A stretch of DNA of 64,000 nt from positions 11,998 through 75,997 of the forward strand of contig CACOED010000002.1 of the NCBI GenBank assembly GCA_902626245.1. Reading direction: 5' to 3'. Below, piece after piece: positions 21,214-31,321 of the stretch. Position numbers and translations under genes: made by a program. How positions within the stretch are numbered: position 1 is the stretch's first letter; the number at the start of each line of letters is the position of its first letter. The stretch is from an uncultured Pelagibacteraceae bacterium. GTDB taxonomy: Bacteria > Pseudomonadota > Alphaproteobacteria > Pelagibacterales > Pelagibacteraceae. The notes under the pieces are model-generated. The model was given only the letters and a program-made list of their open reading frames with translations, ran no database searches and had not been told where the DNA came from.

Positions 21214-22103
21214 GAAACCCAAAGCCATTAGATTATTTATTACTAGGAATATTGTCATTGATTTGGGCATCAGCGTTCTTTAATATAAAAATTGCAACAT
21301 TTTCTTTTGGACCAGTAACAATAGCATTTTTTAGAATTTTTCTTGGAGCTATACCAGTTGTACTTTTATGTTTAGCAAAAAGAATAAAGATTGAGGCATT
21401 TTCAAAAGACTGGTTATGGTTTGCATCAATTGGATTCATAAATCTAGTAATACCATTTTTTTTAATCGCTTATGGCGTTCAAAAAGTACAAAGTAATCTT
21501 GCTGCAATTCTTATGGCAACCACACCACTAAGCGCAACTATTCTTGCTCATTTTTTTACTGAAAATGAAAAATTTAGTTGGTTTAAGAGTGTCGGAATAT
21601 TAATTGGATTTTCAGGTATAGTTTTTTTATTTTCAGACAAAGTATTAATTAATACAGAAAATATATTTTATGCTCTTGCAATTTTATTAGGTTCCACATG
21701 TTATGTTATTGGAGGGATTTTAACTTTAAAAATAAGTAAAAAGAAAAATGAAAATGTCACAGCTTCAATATTAATTTGGGGATCAATAATTGTATTTCCA
21801 ATCTCAATGTTCTTTGAGCAACCTTGGAGTCTATCACCAAGTATAGATTCTATGATTGCATTATTATATCTTGGAGTTTTTCCAACTGGTGTTGCTTGGT
21901 TATTAAGATTTCATATTTTGAAAAATAATGGTGTAATTTTCCAATCTCAGGTTGCGTTTTTAATCCCAATATTTGGAGTTATTCTTGGATATATATTTTT
22001 AAATGAACTTATAACTTCAAAAGTTATTGTTTCATTGCTTCTAGTTATTTTAGGAATTTATTTAGTTAAAACATCAAATAAAATTAAAGTTACTTCAGTT
22101 TAG
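21210..22103 (+). CDS. EamA/DMT transporter
   Basis: About 10 TM helices in two EamA repeats. Confidence 0.85.
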   Translation: MRNPKPLDYLLLGILSLIWASAFFNIKIATFSFGPVTIAFFRIFLGAIPVVLLCLAKRIKIEAFSKDWLWFASIGFINLVIPFFLIAYGVQKVQSNLAAILMATTPLSATILAHFFTENEKFSWFKSVGILIGFSGIVFLFSDKVLINTENIFYALAILLGSTCYVIGGILTLKISKKKNENVTASILIWGSIIVFPISMFFEQPWSLSPSIDSMIALLYLGVFPTGVAWLLRFHILKNNGVIFQSQVAFLIPIFGVILGYIFLNELITSKVIVSLLLVILGIYLVKTSNKIKVTSV

Positions 22104-23007
22104 ATAATTCTTTAATGTGAGATGAATCTGTTTCACAGCAACCACCTAAAATTGTTGCACCTTTTTTACTGATTTTTTTTGCAAACTCACAAAAAACTTT
22201 ACCAGTAATTTCCTCTCTTTTTCCTAAAGCAATATTAGGATTTTTTCCTACTTCATTATGTTTAGCTGTATTAAATCTATGTACAGGCAAAGGTTCTTCC
22301 ACTGCCCATAAATTTGCTTTAAAACCGAATGGTATATCTAAACCATTTAGTTCATCCACAACTTGTTCTATTATTTCTAGTGATACGCATGCAGCAACTA
22401 CTCCTAACCAGCTGCTATTCTTATATTTTTTTACTACTTCTGTTATTGTTTCACCAGATGGAAGCATACCATTTTTCTTTAAATGTAAACCAACCAGCAC
22501 AGGTTTATTTAATTTATGAATAACTTTTAATGCTATATCTACTTCTCTTCCACTAGAGAGCACATCTAAATAAAAAAAATCAATATAAGAATTAATAATA
22601 TTAGCTTGATCAAAAAAATCTTTTTCAATAATTTTTTTATCTCTTTTATCAACCTCATATGTATCATTTTGAGCAGGAAGACTACCTGCAATTAAAATAT
22701 TTTTTTTTGATAGTTCTTTTGCTTTTATTGCAAGTTCACAAGCTTTTTTGTTCGCAAATTGAAAAAGATCTCCGACTTGATTTTGCTCCATTCTCACCCT
22801 TCTGGTAGTAAAAGTATTTGTTAATATTACTTCTGCTCCTGCTTCGATAGCAGATAAATGAGTATCAATTACTAAACTATTAAATTTTTTATCTATTAAT
22901 GAAGTAGCCGACCAAAGAGTTCCTTTGGTTACAAGCCCTCTTGCAAGTAACTCTTGGCCCATACCAGCATCTAAAACTCTTATTTTTTTAAAGTAATTTA
23001 AATCCAT
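22090..23007 (-). CDS. Homocysteine S-methyltransferase family (MmuM/BHMT-like)
   Basis: LDAGMGQEL, LWSA, GAEVILTNTF; Zn-binding Cys and GGCC. Confidence 0.85.
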   Translation of the reverse strand: MDLNYFKKIRVLDAGMGQELLARGLVTKGTLWSATSLIDKKFNSLVIDTHLSAIEAGAEVILTNTFTTRRVRMEQNQVGDLFQFANKKACELAIKAKELSKKNILIAGSLPAQNDTYEVDKRDKKIIEKDFFDQANIINSYIDFFYLDVLSSGREVDIALKVIHKLNKPVLVGLHLKKNGMLPSGETITEVVKKYKNSSWLGVVAACVSLEIIEQVVDELNGLDIPFGFKANLWAVEEPLPVHRFNTAKHNEVGKNPNIALGKREEITGKVFCEFAKKISKKGATILGGCCETDSSHIKELSKLK

Positions 23008-23008
23008 A

Positions 23009-23755
23009 TTATAAAAACAATTTAATACCTATCCTAATAGCAACAAATAATACCAGGACAGAAGTTATTAACGCAAGAAGTCTTGTTGGAAATATTTTTA
23101 AATTTAAAAAATTTCCAATATGACCGCCAATAATCACAACTAAAAATAAATACCAATAATTTGATATATCACTTAAAACTATATTTTTGGTTAATTGACC
23201 AATAACACCCGATATAGAATTAATAAAAATAAACAAAGATGCTGCAGTAACAATATGTTTAGGTTTAGCTGCTTTAATCAAAAAAAGAATAGGACTTAAA
23301 AAAATTCCACCTCCAATTCCAACTACTCCAGAAACAAAACCTAATATTCCTCCGATTAAAATTGATAATAAAATTGGAATATCTCTATAGCTCGATTCAT
23401 TATCATCATATGATTTAAAATTTATTAAAAGTAGTATTCCAGCAATCGCCAAAACTATGAATAAAAAAATTTCAAATAGATTTTTATCTATTTGTAAGGA
23501 ACCACCAATAAAAGCCAAAGGTATTGATCCTATTAGATATGGTGACAATAATTTTAAATTAAGATTTCCAGCCTTAATATAATTAAAGCTATTTCCCGAA
23601 ACTACAAATATATTACATATTAAAGCTATTACTGGAAAAATATAATAAGGAATATCCCAAATTAACATTAGCGCCAGGTAAGTTGACCCACCTCCAAAAC
23701 CAACGCTGGCATACAATATAGCAGTTACAAAAAATAGAATTGATAATATAATCAT
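23009..23755 (-). CDS. TauE/SafE (TSUP) family permease
   Basis: YASVGFGGGSTY and SGVVGIGGGIFLSP repeats; about 8 TM. Confidence 0.85.
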   Translation of the reverse strand: MIILSILFFVTAILYASVGFGGGSTYLALMLIWDIPYYIFPVIALICNIFVVSGNSFNYIKAGNLNLKLLSPYLIGSIPLAFIGGSLQIDKNLFEIFLFIVLAIAGILLLINFKSYDDNESSYRDIPILLSILIGGILGFVSGVVGIGGGIFLSPILFLIKAAKPKHIVTAASLFIFINSISGVIGQLTKNIVLSDISNYWYLFLVVIIGGHIGNFLNLKIFPTRLLALITSVLVLFVAIRIGIKLFL

Positions 23756-23764
23756 TTAAAATTT

Positions 23765-24265
23765 ATGATTGTAAATATAGCATTATTAACAGTTACCGAT
23801 ACAAGAACTTTTAAAACTGATAAGTCAGGAAAAATTTTAGTAGACAAAATAAGTAAAGCTAAACATAATTTAGTAGATAGAAAGATTTGCAAAGATAGTA
23901 AAAATGCAATTAAAAAAATATTAAAAGACTGGATAAAAAAAAAAAAGATTGATGTAATTATAACGACTGGTGGTACCGGTTTAACTGGTAGGGATATTAC
24001 TCCCGAAGCATTAAACGAAATAGCTGACAAACATATTCCAGGTTTTGGTGAAATATTCAGAACAATTAGTCTTAAAAGTGTTGGCACATCATCTATTCAG
24101 TCTAGGGCTTGTGCCGTTCTAGCTAATGGTAAATATATATTTGCATTACCAGGTTCTTCTGGAGGAGTTACCGATGCATGGGACCAGATTTTAATACATC
24201 AACTAGATATTAATCATAAACCTTGTAATTTTGTAGAATTATTCCCAAGACTGAAAGAAAAATAA
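23765..24265 (+). CDS. moaB: Molybdopterin adenylyltransferase MoaB/MogA
   Basis: TVTDTR, DKSG, TTGGTGLTGRDITPEA, LPGS, PCNFVEL. Confidence 0.92.
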   Translation: MIVNIALLTVTDTRTFKTDKSGKILVDKISKAKHNLVDRKICKDSKNAIKKILKDWIKKKKIDVIITTGGTGLTGRDITPEALNEIADKHIPGFGEIFRTISLKSVGTSSIQSRACAVLANGKYIFALPGSSGGVTDAWDQILIHQLDINHKPCNFVELFPRLKEK

Positions 24266-24269
24266 AATT

Positions 24270-25127
24270 TTATTTTTTTTCTCTTGTTGCAATATAAACT
24301 CCTATAGTTGCAATTAAAAATCCAACTATATCAATCGAATCTAATTTTTCTCCTAAAAAAATAAAAGCCATAATTGCTGAAGTAGGAGGTATTAAAAAAA
24401 AAACAGAAACAGTTTTACTTGCGGAGTTATTTTTTATTAAAAACATAAGAATGGTAAAAGCTCCAAACGAAACCAAAAATATTTGATGGCTTATAGCAAC
24501 TATAAAAGTCTTTGAAAAAATTATAAATGGTTTTTGAATTAAAAAAGAAATAATAAATAAATGGAATAAAAATCCTCCAATTGCTTGATAAAAATTGCTT
24601 ACTGATAATGGTAAATTATTACTTATTTTTTTTTGCCACAACGTAGCAGCTGTAACTGCAATTAAAGAAATAATTACTGCAAGCACACCTAATGATGGCA
24701 AAGATTTTCCAACATCAAAACCTATAACTAATACCGCACCAGCAAATCCTAATATGACTCCTAACCATTTTTTTAATGTTATTTTTTCATTTAAAACTGG
24801 ACCAGCTAAAGCATTTGTTAACACAGGCTGAAGTGTAACAATCAAAGCCGCAATCCCAGTTGGAAGACCAATAGAAATTGAATAAAAAACACCACCGAGA
24901 TAAAATCCATGAAAAAGTATTCCTGTAGAAATTGATGGTAAAATATTTTTTGAACTAACTAAAACTTTATGCTTTGAAAATAAGGAATAAAAATAAAATC
25001 CTATTGCAACTATTAAAAATCTAAAACTTAAAGCTGCAAATGGATCGCTGTAATCAATTATAGGTTTTGTTGTTATAAACGCCGAGGACCAAAGTAAAAT
25101 AAATATTAAAGTAAGAAATTTTATCAC
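24270..25127 (-). CDS. EamA/DMT transporter
   Basis: WSSAF, HGFYLGG, IVTLQP; about 10 TM; GTG start. Confidence 0.85.
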   Translation of the reverse strand: MIKFLTLIFILLWSSAFITTKPIIDYSDPFAALSFRFLIVAIGFYFYSLFSKHKVLVSSKNILPSISTGILFHGFYLGGVFYSISIGLPTGIAALIVTLQPVLTNALAGPVLNEKITLKKWLGVILGFAGAVLVIGFDVGKSLPSLGVLAVIISLIAVTAATLWQKKISNNLPLSVSNFYQAIGGFLFHLFIISFLIQKPFIIFSKTFIVAISHQIFLVSFGAFTILMFLIKNNSASKTVSVFFLIPPTSAIMAFIFLGEKLDSIDIVGFLIATIGVYIATREKK

Positions 25128-25137
25128 TAATTAAAAA

Positions 25138-25383
25138 TTACTTTTGGTATTTTTTTTTCCACTCAGAATAAGGCATTCCATATACATGTTCTCTTGCATC
25201 GGGATCTGATATTGAAATACCTTTTTTTTCTGCTTCTTCCCTGTACCATTTTGATAAGCAATTTCTGCAAAATCCAGCTAAATTCATTAAATCCAAATTT
25301 TGTACATCTTTTCTTTCTCTAAGGTGTTCAATTAATCTTTCGAATGCAGCTGATTGTAATTCCTTTTTTGTATTATCATCCAT
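25138..25383 (-). CDS. DUF1244-family protein (81 aa)
   Basis: AAFERL..HL..RKDVQNLDLMNLAGFCRNCLSKW; start placed at MDDNT. Confidence 0.8.
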   Translation of the reverse strand: MDDNTKKELQSAAFERLIEHLRERKDVQNLDLMNLAGFCRNCLSKWYREEAEKKGISISDPDAREHVYGMPYSEWKKKYQK

Positions 25384-25412
25384 AATTATTTGTGTTAAAG
25401 TTTTGTTGTTTA

Positions 25413-25985
25413 ATGAAACTTTCTGGATCATATCAAATAAACTTAGAAAAACAAAAAGTTTGGGAGGCATTAAACGATCCTAAAATTTTGCAAAAAACAA
25501 TACCAGGCTGTGAAGAATTTATAAAAAAATCCGAAACAGAATTTACTGCTACCGCAACTAACAAAATCGGGCCATTTAATGCCAGTTTTACAGGAGATAT
25601 TGTGCTTAAAGATTTAAATCCACCTCATAGTTATAAAATCACTGGCTCTGGAAACTCTCCTGTAGGTTTTGCAAATGGAGAAGCTACAGTTAATTTAGAG
25701 GATAAAGACAATGGTACCAAACTTACTTATACAGTTGAAGCAAACGTTGGAGGAAAAATTGCCCAGGTTGGTTCACGTTTAATTGATATGACTGCAAAAA
25801 AAATGGCTGATATATTTTTTGGAAAATTTTCTGAATTAGTTTCAAATGAACAGGATGATAAAAAAAATATAGAGCAAAATATTACGAAAAATGAAATTCC
25901 ACGTGAAAAAAAATCACAAGTCAAAACATTAATTTATATATCTATTGTAATATTTGCAGCTATTGCAGCTTATTTGATAATTTGA
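25413..25985 (+). CDS. coxG: CoxG-like SRPBCC protein with C-terminal membrane anchor
   Basis: VWEALNDP.IL...IPGCE, VGGKIAQVGSRLID; start placed at MKLSG. Confidence 0.9.
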   Translation: MKLSGSYQINLEKQKVWEALNDPKILQKTIPGCEEFIKKSETEFTATATNKIGPFNASFTGDIVLKDLNPPHSYKITGSGNSPVGFANGEATVNLEDKDNGTKLTYTVEANVGGKIAQVGSRLIDMTAKKMADIFFGKFSELVSNEQDDKKNIEQNITKNEIPREKKSQVKTLIYISIVIFAAIAAYLII

Positions 25986-26075
25986 ATCGCGTAATACTAG
26001 AAACTTTATTTTTTTTAAAGTTGAGTGTGACATTATTGTATGTTTAACTAGAACTTTATTAAGGAGCGGAACCTT

Positions 26076-26537
26076 ATGAAGAATATTGCTTTAGAAGTTA
26101 ATGGCAAAAAAGTTACGAAGGAAATTTCAGATCATACGACTTTATCAGGATTACTAAGAGATATATTAAATTTAACAGGAACACACATAGGATGTGATAC
26201 TAGCCAATGTGGAGCATGTGTAGTTCATGTAGACGGAAAATCTATTAAAAGCTGCACAGCATTAGCAGCTGACCTTGACGGCTCAAAAGTTACGACAATC
26301 GAAGGTCTTGCATCGAATGGAAAATTACATCCAATGCAAGAAGCATTTAAAAAGATGCATGGGTTGCAATGTGGATTTTGTACACCAGGCATGGTCATGA
26401 GTGCAGTTGATCTTTTAAAAAATAAAAAAAACCCAAGCGATCAAGAAATAAGAGATTGGTTGGAAGGTAATATCTGTAGATGTACAGGATACCATAATAT
26501 CGTTGCAGCAGTTAAAGAAGCTGCATCAAAAATGTAG
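26076..26537 (+). CDS. coxS: Molybdenum hydroxylase small [2Fe-2S] subunit
   Basis: [26 protein letters not shown]; SD AAGGAG. Confidence 0.93.
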   Translation: MKNIALEVNGKKVTKEISDHTTLSGLLRDILNLTGTHIGCDTSQCGACVVHVDGKSIKSCTALAADLDGSKVTTIEGLASNGKLHPMQEAFKKMHGLQCGFCTPGMVMSAVDLLKNKKNPSDQEIRDWLEGNICRCTGYHNIVAAVKEAASKM

Positions 26538-26545
26538 GAGTTTAA

Positions 26546-28924
26546 ATGGCAAGTTTAGTTGGATCTAGAGTTGAAAGAAAAGAAGACAAAAGATTTTTGA
26601 CAGGTAAGGGCAGATATACTTCAGATATAAATATTGCTAACCAGACATATGCTATATTTATTAGATCTCCACACGCAAGAGCAAAAATTAAAAAAGTTGA
26701 TACATCTAAAGCTCTTAAATCATCTGGAGTGGTAGATATTTTAACAGGAGAACATATTGCACAAGACAAAATAGGAGGATTGATAGCTGGATGGGCCATT
26801 AGAAGTGAAGATGGTTCAGAAATGAAATGTCCTGCAAACCCACCATTAGCAAAAGATAGTGTAAATTTTGTTGGAGATCCCGTAGCTGTAGTTTTTGCTG
26901 AAACTTTAGATGAAGCTAAAGCAGCAGCTGAATTAGTAAAAGTTGACTACAAAGTTTTAAAAGCAGTTTCTAATTTAGTTGAAGCAATGGACAGTGAAGC
27001 CATACATGATGGTATAGATAAAAATCTTTGTTATGACTGGTTACTTGGTGACAGACAAAAAGTTAAAGAGGCATTTGAAAAAGCAGATAGAATTATAAAA
27101 CTAGACATTACTAATAACAGACTTATTCCTAATGCCATGGAACCAAGAGCTTGTGTAATAGATTACAACACAGCTTCAGAAGAGATAACTTGTTATACTA
27201 CAAGTCAAAATCCACATTTATCAAGATTAATTATGTCAGCTTTCGGAGGTGTTGCTCCTGAAAATAAATTAAGAGTTGTTGCACCAGATGTGGGTGGAGG
27301 ATTTGGATCAAAAATTAACCTTTATAACGAAGAAATAGTTTGTAGTTGGGCTTCAAAAAAAATAGAGAGACCAATTAAATGGGTAGCTGAAAGAACAGAA
27401 TCATTTTTAACAGATACTCATGGAAGAGACCATATCACTCATGCAGAATTAGCAGTTACTAATGATGGTAAGTTTTTAGGATTTAAAAATGAAACAATTG
27501 CAAATCTTGGAGCATATGCAAGAGTATTTGGAACTGTAACCCCAACATATTTATTTGGACCATGTGCAACAGGTGTTTATATAATGCCAGCTGCATATTC
27601 TAATGTTAAGGCAGTTTATACAAATACTGCACCGGTTGATGCTTATAGAGGAGCTGGAAGACCAGAAGCTACTTATACTATTGAAAGAATTGTAGATAAG
27701 GCTGCAATGGAATTAGGTATGGATCCAATTGAAATAAGAATGAAAAATTTTCCAACAGAGTTTCCATTTAAACAAACTTTAGTTCACCAAATAGATTCAG
27801 GAGATTATGTTGCAGGATTAAATAAAGCAAAAGAAATGGCAGATTATGATGGTTTTGCTGCTAGAAAAAAAGAGTCTGAGTCAAAAGGCAAACTTAGAGG
27901 TATAGGTGTTACTTCTTATTTTGAAGCATGTGGTATTGCACCATCACCTGTAGTGATGATGTTAGGTTGTGGAGTAGGTTTATGGGAGTCTGCCGAAGTA
28001 AGATTTAATCCAACAGGACAAGTTACTGTTTATACTGGTTCTCATAGTCATGGACAAAGTCACCAAACTACATTTGCACAAATTGCTGCCGATGAATTAG
28101 GTGTTCCAATTGAAAATATTGATGTTGTTCATGGTGATACTGACAAAGGTACATTTGGTATGGGAACATATGGTTCAAGATCTTTAACTGTTGGAGGAAT
28201 AGCAATAGTTAACGCGTGCAAAAAAATAGTTAATAAAGGTAAAAGAATTGCAGCCAAAATGCTTGAAGCAAGCCCTGATGAAGTTGATTTTAAAAATGGA
28301 GAATTTGTTGTAGCAAAATCAAATAAAAAGAAAACAATAGGGGAAGTTGCATTTGCAAGTTATCTACCTGGTGTAAGAGACGAAGTTAAATCTCCTTTAC
28401 CAGAAGGAGACGAACCAGGATTGATAGAATCTTCTTTTTTTGATCCAGCTAATTTTTCTTTCCCAGCAGGTTCACATATTTGCGAAGTTGAAATTGATCC
28501 TGAAACAGGACATGTAAAACTTGATAAATATACAGCAGTTGATGATTTTGGAACTATAGTGAATCCTCTAATCGTTGAAGGACAAGTTCATGGAGGATTG
28601 GCACAAGGAATTGGACAAGCTTTATATGAAAATGCCCAATATGATGATTCTGGTCAATTAATTACAGCTTCTTATATGGATTATACAATGCCAAGAGCTG
28701 ATGATCTTCCAGACTTTAATTTAGGATTTACTTGCACAAAGGCCACTACCAATCCATTAGGAGTTAAAGGATGTGGAGAAGCAGGAACTATAGCTGCAAC
28801 ACCAACAGTAATGAACGCAGTTATTAATGCTTTGGATGGTAAAGAAATTTCTTTACCTGCAACAGCGGAAAAAGTTTGGAAAGCATGCAAAGAAATGAAA
28901 AAATCTAATGCTAAGGCGGCTTAA
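26546..28924 (+). CDS. coxL: Molybdenum hydroxylase large subunit, form II CoxL-like
   Basis: GGGFGSK, AYRGAGRPEA active-site loop, GSRS, GQVHGG, KGCGEAG. Confidence 0.88.
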   Translation: MASLVGSRVERKEDKRFLTGKGRYTSDINIANQTYAIFIRSPHARAKIKKVDTSKALKSSGVVDILTGEHIAQDKIGGLIAGWAIRSEDGSEMKCPANPPLAKDSVNFVGDPVAVVFAETLDEAKAAAELVKVDYKVLKAVSNLVEAMDSEAIHDGIDKNLCYDWLLGDRQKVKEAFEKADRIIKLDITNNRLIPNAMEPRACVIDYNTASEEITCYTTSQNPHLSRLIMSAFGGVAPENKLRVVAPDVGGGFGSKINLYNEEIVCSWASKKIERPIKWVAERTESFLTDTHGRDHITHAELAVTNDGKFLGFKNETIANLGAYARVFGTVTPTYLFGPCATGVYIMPAAYSNVKAVYTNTAPVDAYRGAGRPEATYTIERIVDKAAMELGMDPIEIRMKNFPTEFPFKQTLVHQIDSGDYVAGLNKAKEMADYDGFAARKKESESKGKLRGIGVTSYFEACGIAPSPVVMMLGCGVGLWESAEVRFNPTGQVTVYTGSHSHGQSHQTTFAQIAADELGVPIENIDVVHGDTDKGTFGMGTYGSRSLTVGGIAIVNACKKIVNKGKRIAAKMLEASPDEVDFKNGEFVVAKSNKKKTIGEVAFASYLPGVRDEVKSPLPEGDEPGLIESSFFDPANFSFPAGSHICEVEIDPETGHVKLDKYTAVDDFGTIVNPLIVEGQVHGGLAQGIGQALYENAQYDDSGQLITASYMDYTMPRADDLPDFNLGFTCTKATTNPLGVKGCGEAGTIAATPTVMNAVINALDGKEISLPATAEKVWKACKEMKKSNAKAA

Positions 28925-28932
28925 AGGAAATT

Positions 28933-29718
28933 ATGAAAACATTTAATTATCATTCTGCAAAAGACGTTAAAGAAGCATCAAAGTTAGCATCTTCTAATTC
29001 AGCTTTTTTAGCTGGAGGAATGACAACTATACCTTCAATGAAACTAGGTTTAGCTTCTTATAAAGATATTATAGATATTAAAAGAATAAAAAAACTATCA
29101 GGAATTAAGGTATCTGGAAAAACAGTTACAATAGGAGCAACAACAAAGCATTCTGAAGTAGCAAGTTCAAAAGATATTAAAAAAGCAATTCCATCATTAA
29201 CAGCTCTTGCAGAAGGTATTGGTGATCCACAAGTGAGAAATAGAGGTACGATAGGTGGTTCAATAGCAAATAATGATCCTGCTGCAGATTATCCAGCAGC
29301 ATGTATTGCTTTAGATGCAACTATACATACTAATAACCGTTCAATTGATGCAGAAAAGTTTTTTAGAGGAATGTTTGAAACTTGTCTTAAGAGTACCGAA
29401 ATTATAGAGTCAATTGAATTTTCAATACCTCAAAAATCAAGTTATCAAAAATTACCAAATCCAGCTTCACGATATGCTATAGTAGGTGTTTATGTTGCTC
29501 AACATAAAACAGGAATAAATGTTGGAGTAACCGGAGCTAAGTCATCTGTATATAATGAAAAAGATCTAGTAGCAGCTTTAACTAAGAATTTTTCTTCATC
29601 AGCCATAGATAATGTTAAAATATCTTCATCAGGAATGAACTCAGATATTCATGCATCTGCAGAATATAGAGCAAATATGGTCAAAGCTTTTGCTAAAAAA
29701 GCTGTTGATGCTTGCTAA
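28933..29718 (+). CDS. coxM: Molybdenum hydroxylase FAD subunit
   Basis: LAGGMT, IGDPQVRNRGTIGGS, SDIHASAEYR. Confidence 0.9.
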   Translation: MKTFNYHSAKDVKEASKLASSNSAFLAGGMTTIPSMKLGLASYKDIIDIKRIKKLSGIKVSGKTVTIGATTKHSEVASSKDIKKAIPSLTALAEGIGDPQVRNRGTIGGSIANNDPAADYPAACIALDATIHTNNRSIDAEKFFRGMFETCLKSTEIIESIEFSIPQKSSYQKLPNPASRYAIVGVYVAQHKTGINVGVTGAKSSVYNEKDLVAALTKNFSSSAIDNVKISSSGMNSDIHASAEYRANMVKAFAKKAVDAC

Positions 29719-29748
29719 ATATTTCTTTCAGTAATACCTTTACACTTA

Positions 29749-30078
29749 ATGAAAAATTCGTTTGATGAGAAAATTTTAGAAGAAGCAAACGATTGGTTAA
29801 ATGCTAATCAAAAAGTTGTTCTCGCTACAGTAATTCAAACTTGGGGTTCATCACCAAGACAAGTTGGAAGTCGAATGATTGTTAATGAAAAAGGAGATTT
29901 TTCAGGTTCTGTTTCTGGTGGATGTGTAGAATCTGCAGTAGTAAGAGAATGTATTGGTTTAATTAAAGATAATAAACTATGTAAAAAAATTGAATTTAAA
30001 GTTTCTAATGAAAGCGCTTGGGAAGTTGGACTTGCATGTGGTGGCGAAATAGCAGTTTATTTGGAGCAGATAAATTAA
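29749..30078 (+). CDS. XdhC/CoxI N-terminal domain protein
   Basis: LATVIQTWGSSPR, GSVSGGCVE, GLACGG. Confidence 0.88.
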   Translation: MKNSFDEKILEEANDWLNANQKVVLATVIQTWGSSPRQVGSRMIVNEKGDFSGSVSGGCVESAVVRECIGLIKDNKLCKKIEFKVSNESAWEVGLACGGEIAVYLEQIN

Positions 30079-30082
30079 ATTT

Positions 30083-30217
30083 ATGATTGAGATACATAAA
30101 AAATATATAGATTGGTGGAAAAAAAAACTCAATCTTTCCAATTATGCAGTGCTTTGGATAACGTTTATTAAAGGCTTAATCATTGGGCTTTTAATCTACT
30201 ATTTTATAATTGTTTAA
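30083..30217 (+). CDS. 44-aa single-pass membrane microprotein (not in ORF track)
   Basis: MIEIHKKYIDWWKKKLNLSNYAVLWITFIKGLIIGLLIYYFIIV; fills the gap, with its stop abutting the next ATG. Confidence 0.7.
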   Translation: MIEIHKKYIDWWKKKLNLSNYAVLWITFIKGLIIGLLIYYFIIV

Positions 30218-30898
30218 ATGAAATATTCTCAACTTAAGGAAATAATCAGAAAAAAAGACTCAAAGATAGAATTTGCAGTTGTAACCAATCTTGAAAATGG
30301 TTTAAGCGAAATATATGAACCTGGAAAACCATTAAGTAAAGAATTTGAAATTCATAAAAAGCAAATTGAAAGATTTTTTAATTTAAAAAAAAATGGAGTA
30401 ATAGAAAATACTGAAATTTTTGTTGAAACATATATTAAACCTATAAAAGTTATTATTGTAGGCGCAGTTCATATAGCTCAATATCTAGTTGATTTTGCAA
30501 AAAGTTTGAATTTTGAAATTTATATTATAGATCCACGAGGTTATTTTGCATCGGAACAAAGATTTCCTGATATGAAAATTATAAATAAATGGCCAAATGA
30601 AGCTTTTAAAGAAATAGAAACAAATGAAAATTCTGCACTAATTGCATTAACTCACGATCCCAAAATAGATGATCCAGCATTGCAACATGCCCTCAATAAA
30701 AAATTTTATTATATAGGTGCGCTAGGTAGTAAGAAAACTCATGAAAATAGATGTCAAAGATTAAAAGAAGTAGGGTTTAATGATGAACAAATAAATTCAA
30801 TACATGGTCCAATTGGTATTAAATTAGGAGGAAAATCAGCTCCAGAGATAGCCTTATCAATTATTTCCCAGTTGGTATCAGAAACTTATAAAAAATAA
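30218..30898 (+). CDS. XdhC C-terminal Rossmann domain protein
   Basis: GAVHIAQ, IDPR, THDPKIDDPAL, YIGALGS, GPIG..APEIALSI. Confidence 0.88.
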   Translation: MKYSQLKEIIRKKDSKIEFAVVTNLENGLSEIYEPGKPLSKEFEIHKKQIERFFNLKKNGVIENTEIFVETYIKPIKVIIVGAVHIAQYLVDFAKSLNFEIYIIDPRGYFASEQRFPDMKIINKWPNEAFKEIETNENSALIALTHDPKIDDPALQHALNKKFYYIGALGSKKTHENRCQRLKEVGFNDEQINSIHGPIGIKLGGKSAPEIALSIISQLVSETYKK

Positions 30899-31318
30899 AT
30901 GAAACAAGTATTTGAAGAAATAAAAATTAATACTAAAGGACAGGGTTTTTATAATTTTACTGAGAACACATTTGATTGGATCAAAAAACAAAAAATTGAA
31001 AACGGTATTTTAAATATCAATATATTGCATACTAGCGCATCATTAATTATCCAAGAAAATGCTGATCCAGATGTTTTATATGATCTTAAAAATTTTTTTC
31101 ATAAATTAGTTCCAATGGATCAAAAATTATACAAACATACCACAGAAGGAAAAGATGATATGCCGGCCCATATAAAATCTGTACTTACCAATAATCAATT
31201 AACTTTAAGTTTAAAAAATAAAAAATTAATCCTTGGAACTTGGCAAGGTCTTTATTTATTTGAGCATAGAATTGAAAACCAATTAAGAATTTTATCTCAT
31301 CATTTAATTGGAGACTAA
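30899..31318 (+). CDS. yjbQ: YjbQ (UPF0047) family
   Basis: HTSASL.IQENADPDV, EGKDDMPAHIKS, LGTWQG.YLFEHR. Confidence 0.88.
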   Translation: MKQVFEEIKINTKGQGFYNFTENTFDWIKKQKIENGILNINILHTSASLIIQENADPDVLYDLKNFFHKLVPMDQKLYKHTTEGKDDMPAHIKSVLTNNQLTLSLKNKKLILGTWQGLYLFEHRIENQLRILSHHLIGD

Positions 31319-31321
31319 AAA

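Noticed and set aside
22990-23020. SAM riboswitch upstream of the homocysteine methyltransferase
   Set aside because: Only 1 bp separates it from the upstream TSUP gene, leaving no leader
26546-28924. Calling this a bona fide aerobic CO dehydrogenase
   Set aside because: It lacks the Cu-ligating Cys motif AYRCSFR, has S-L-M gene order and has no coxD or coxE
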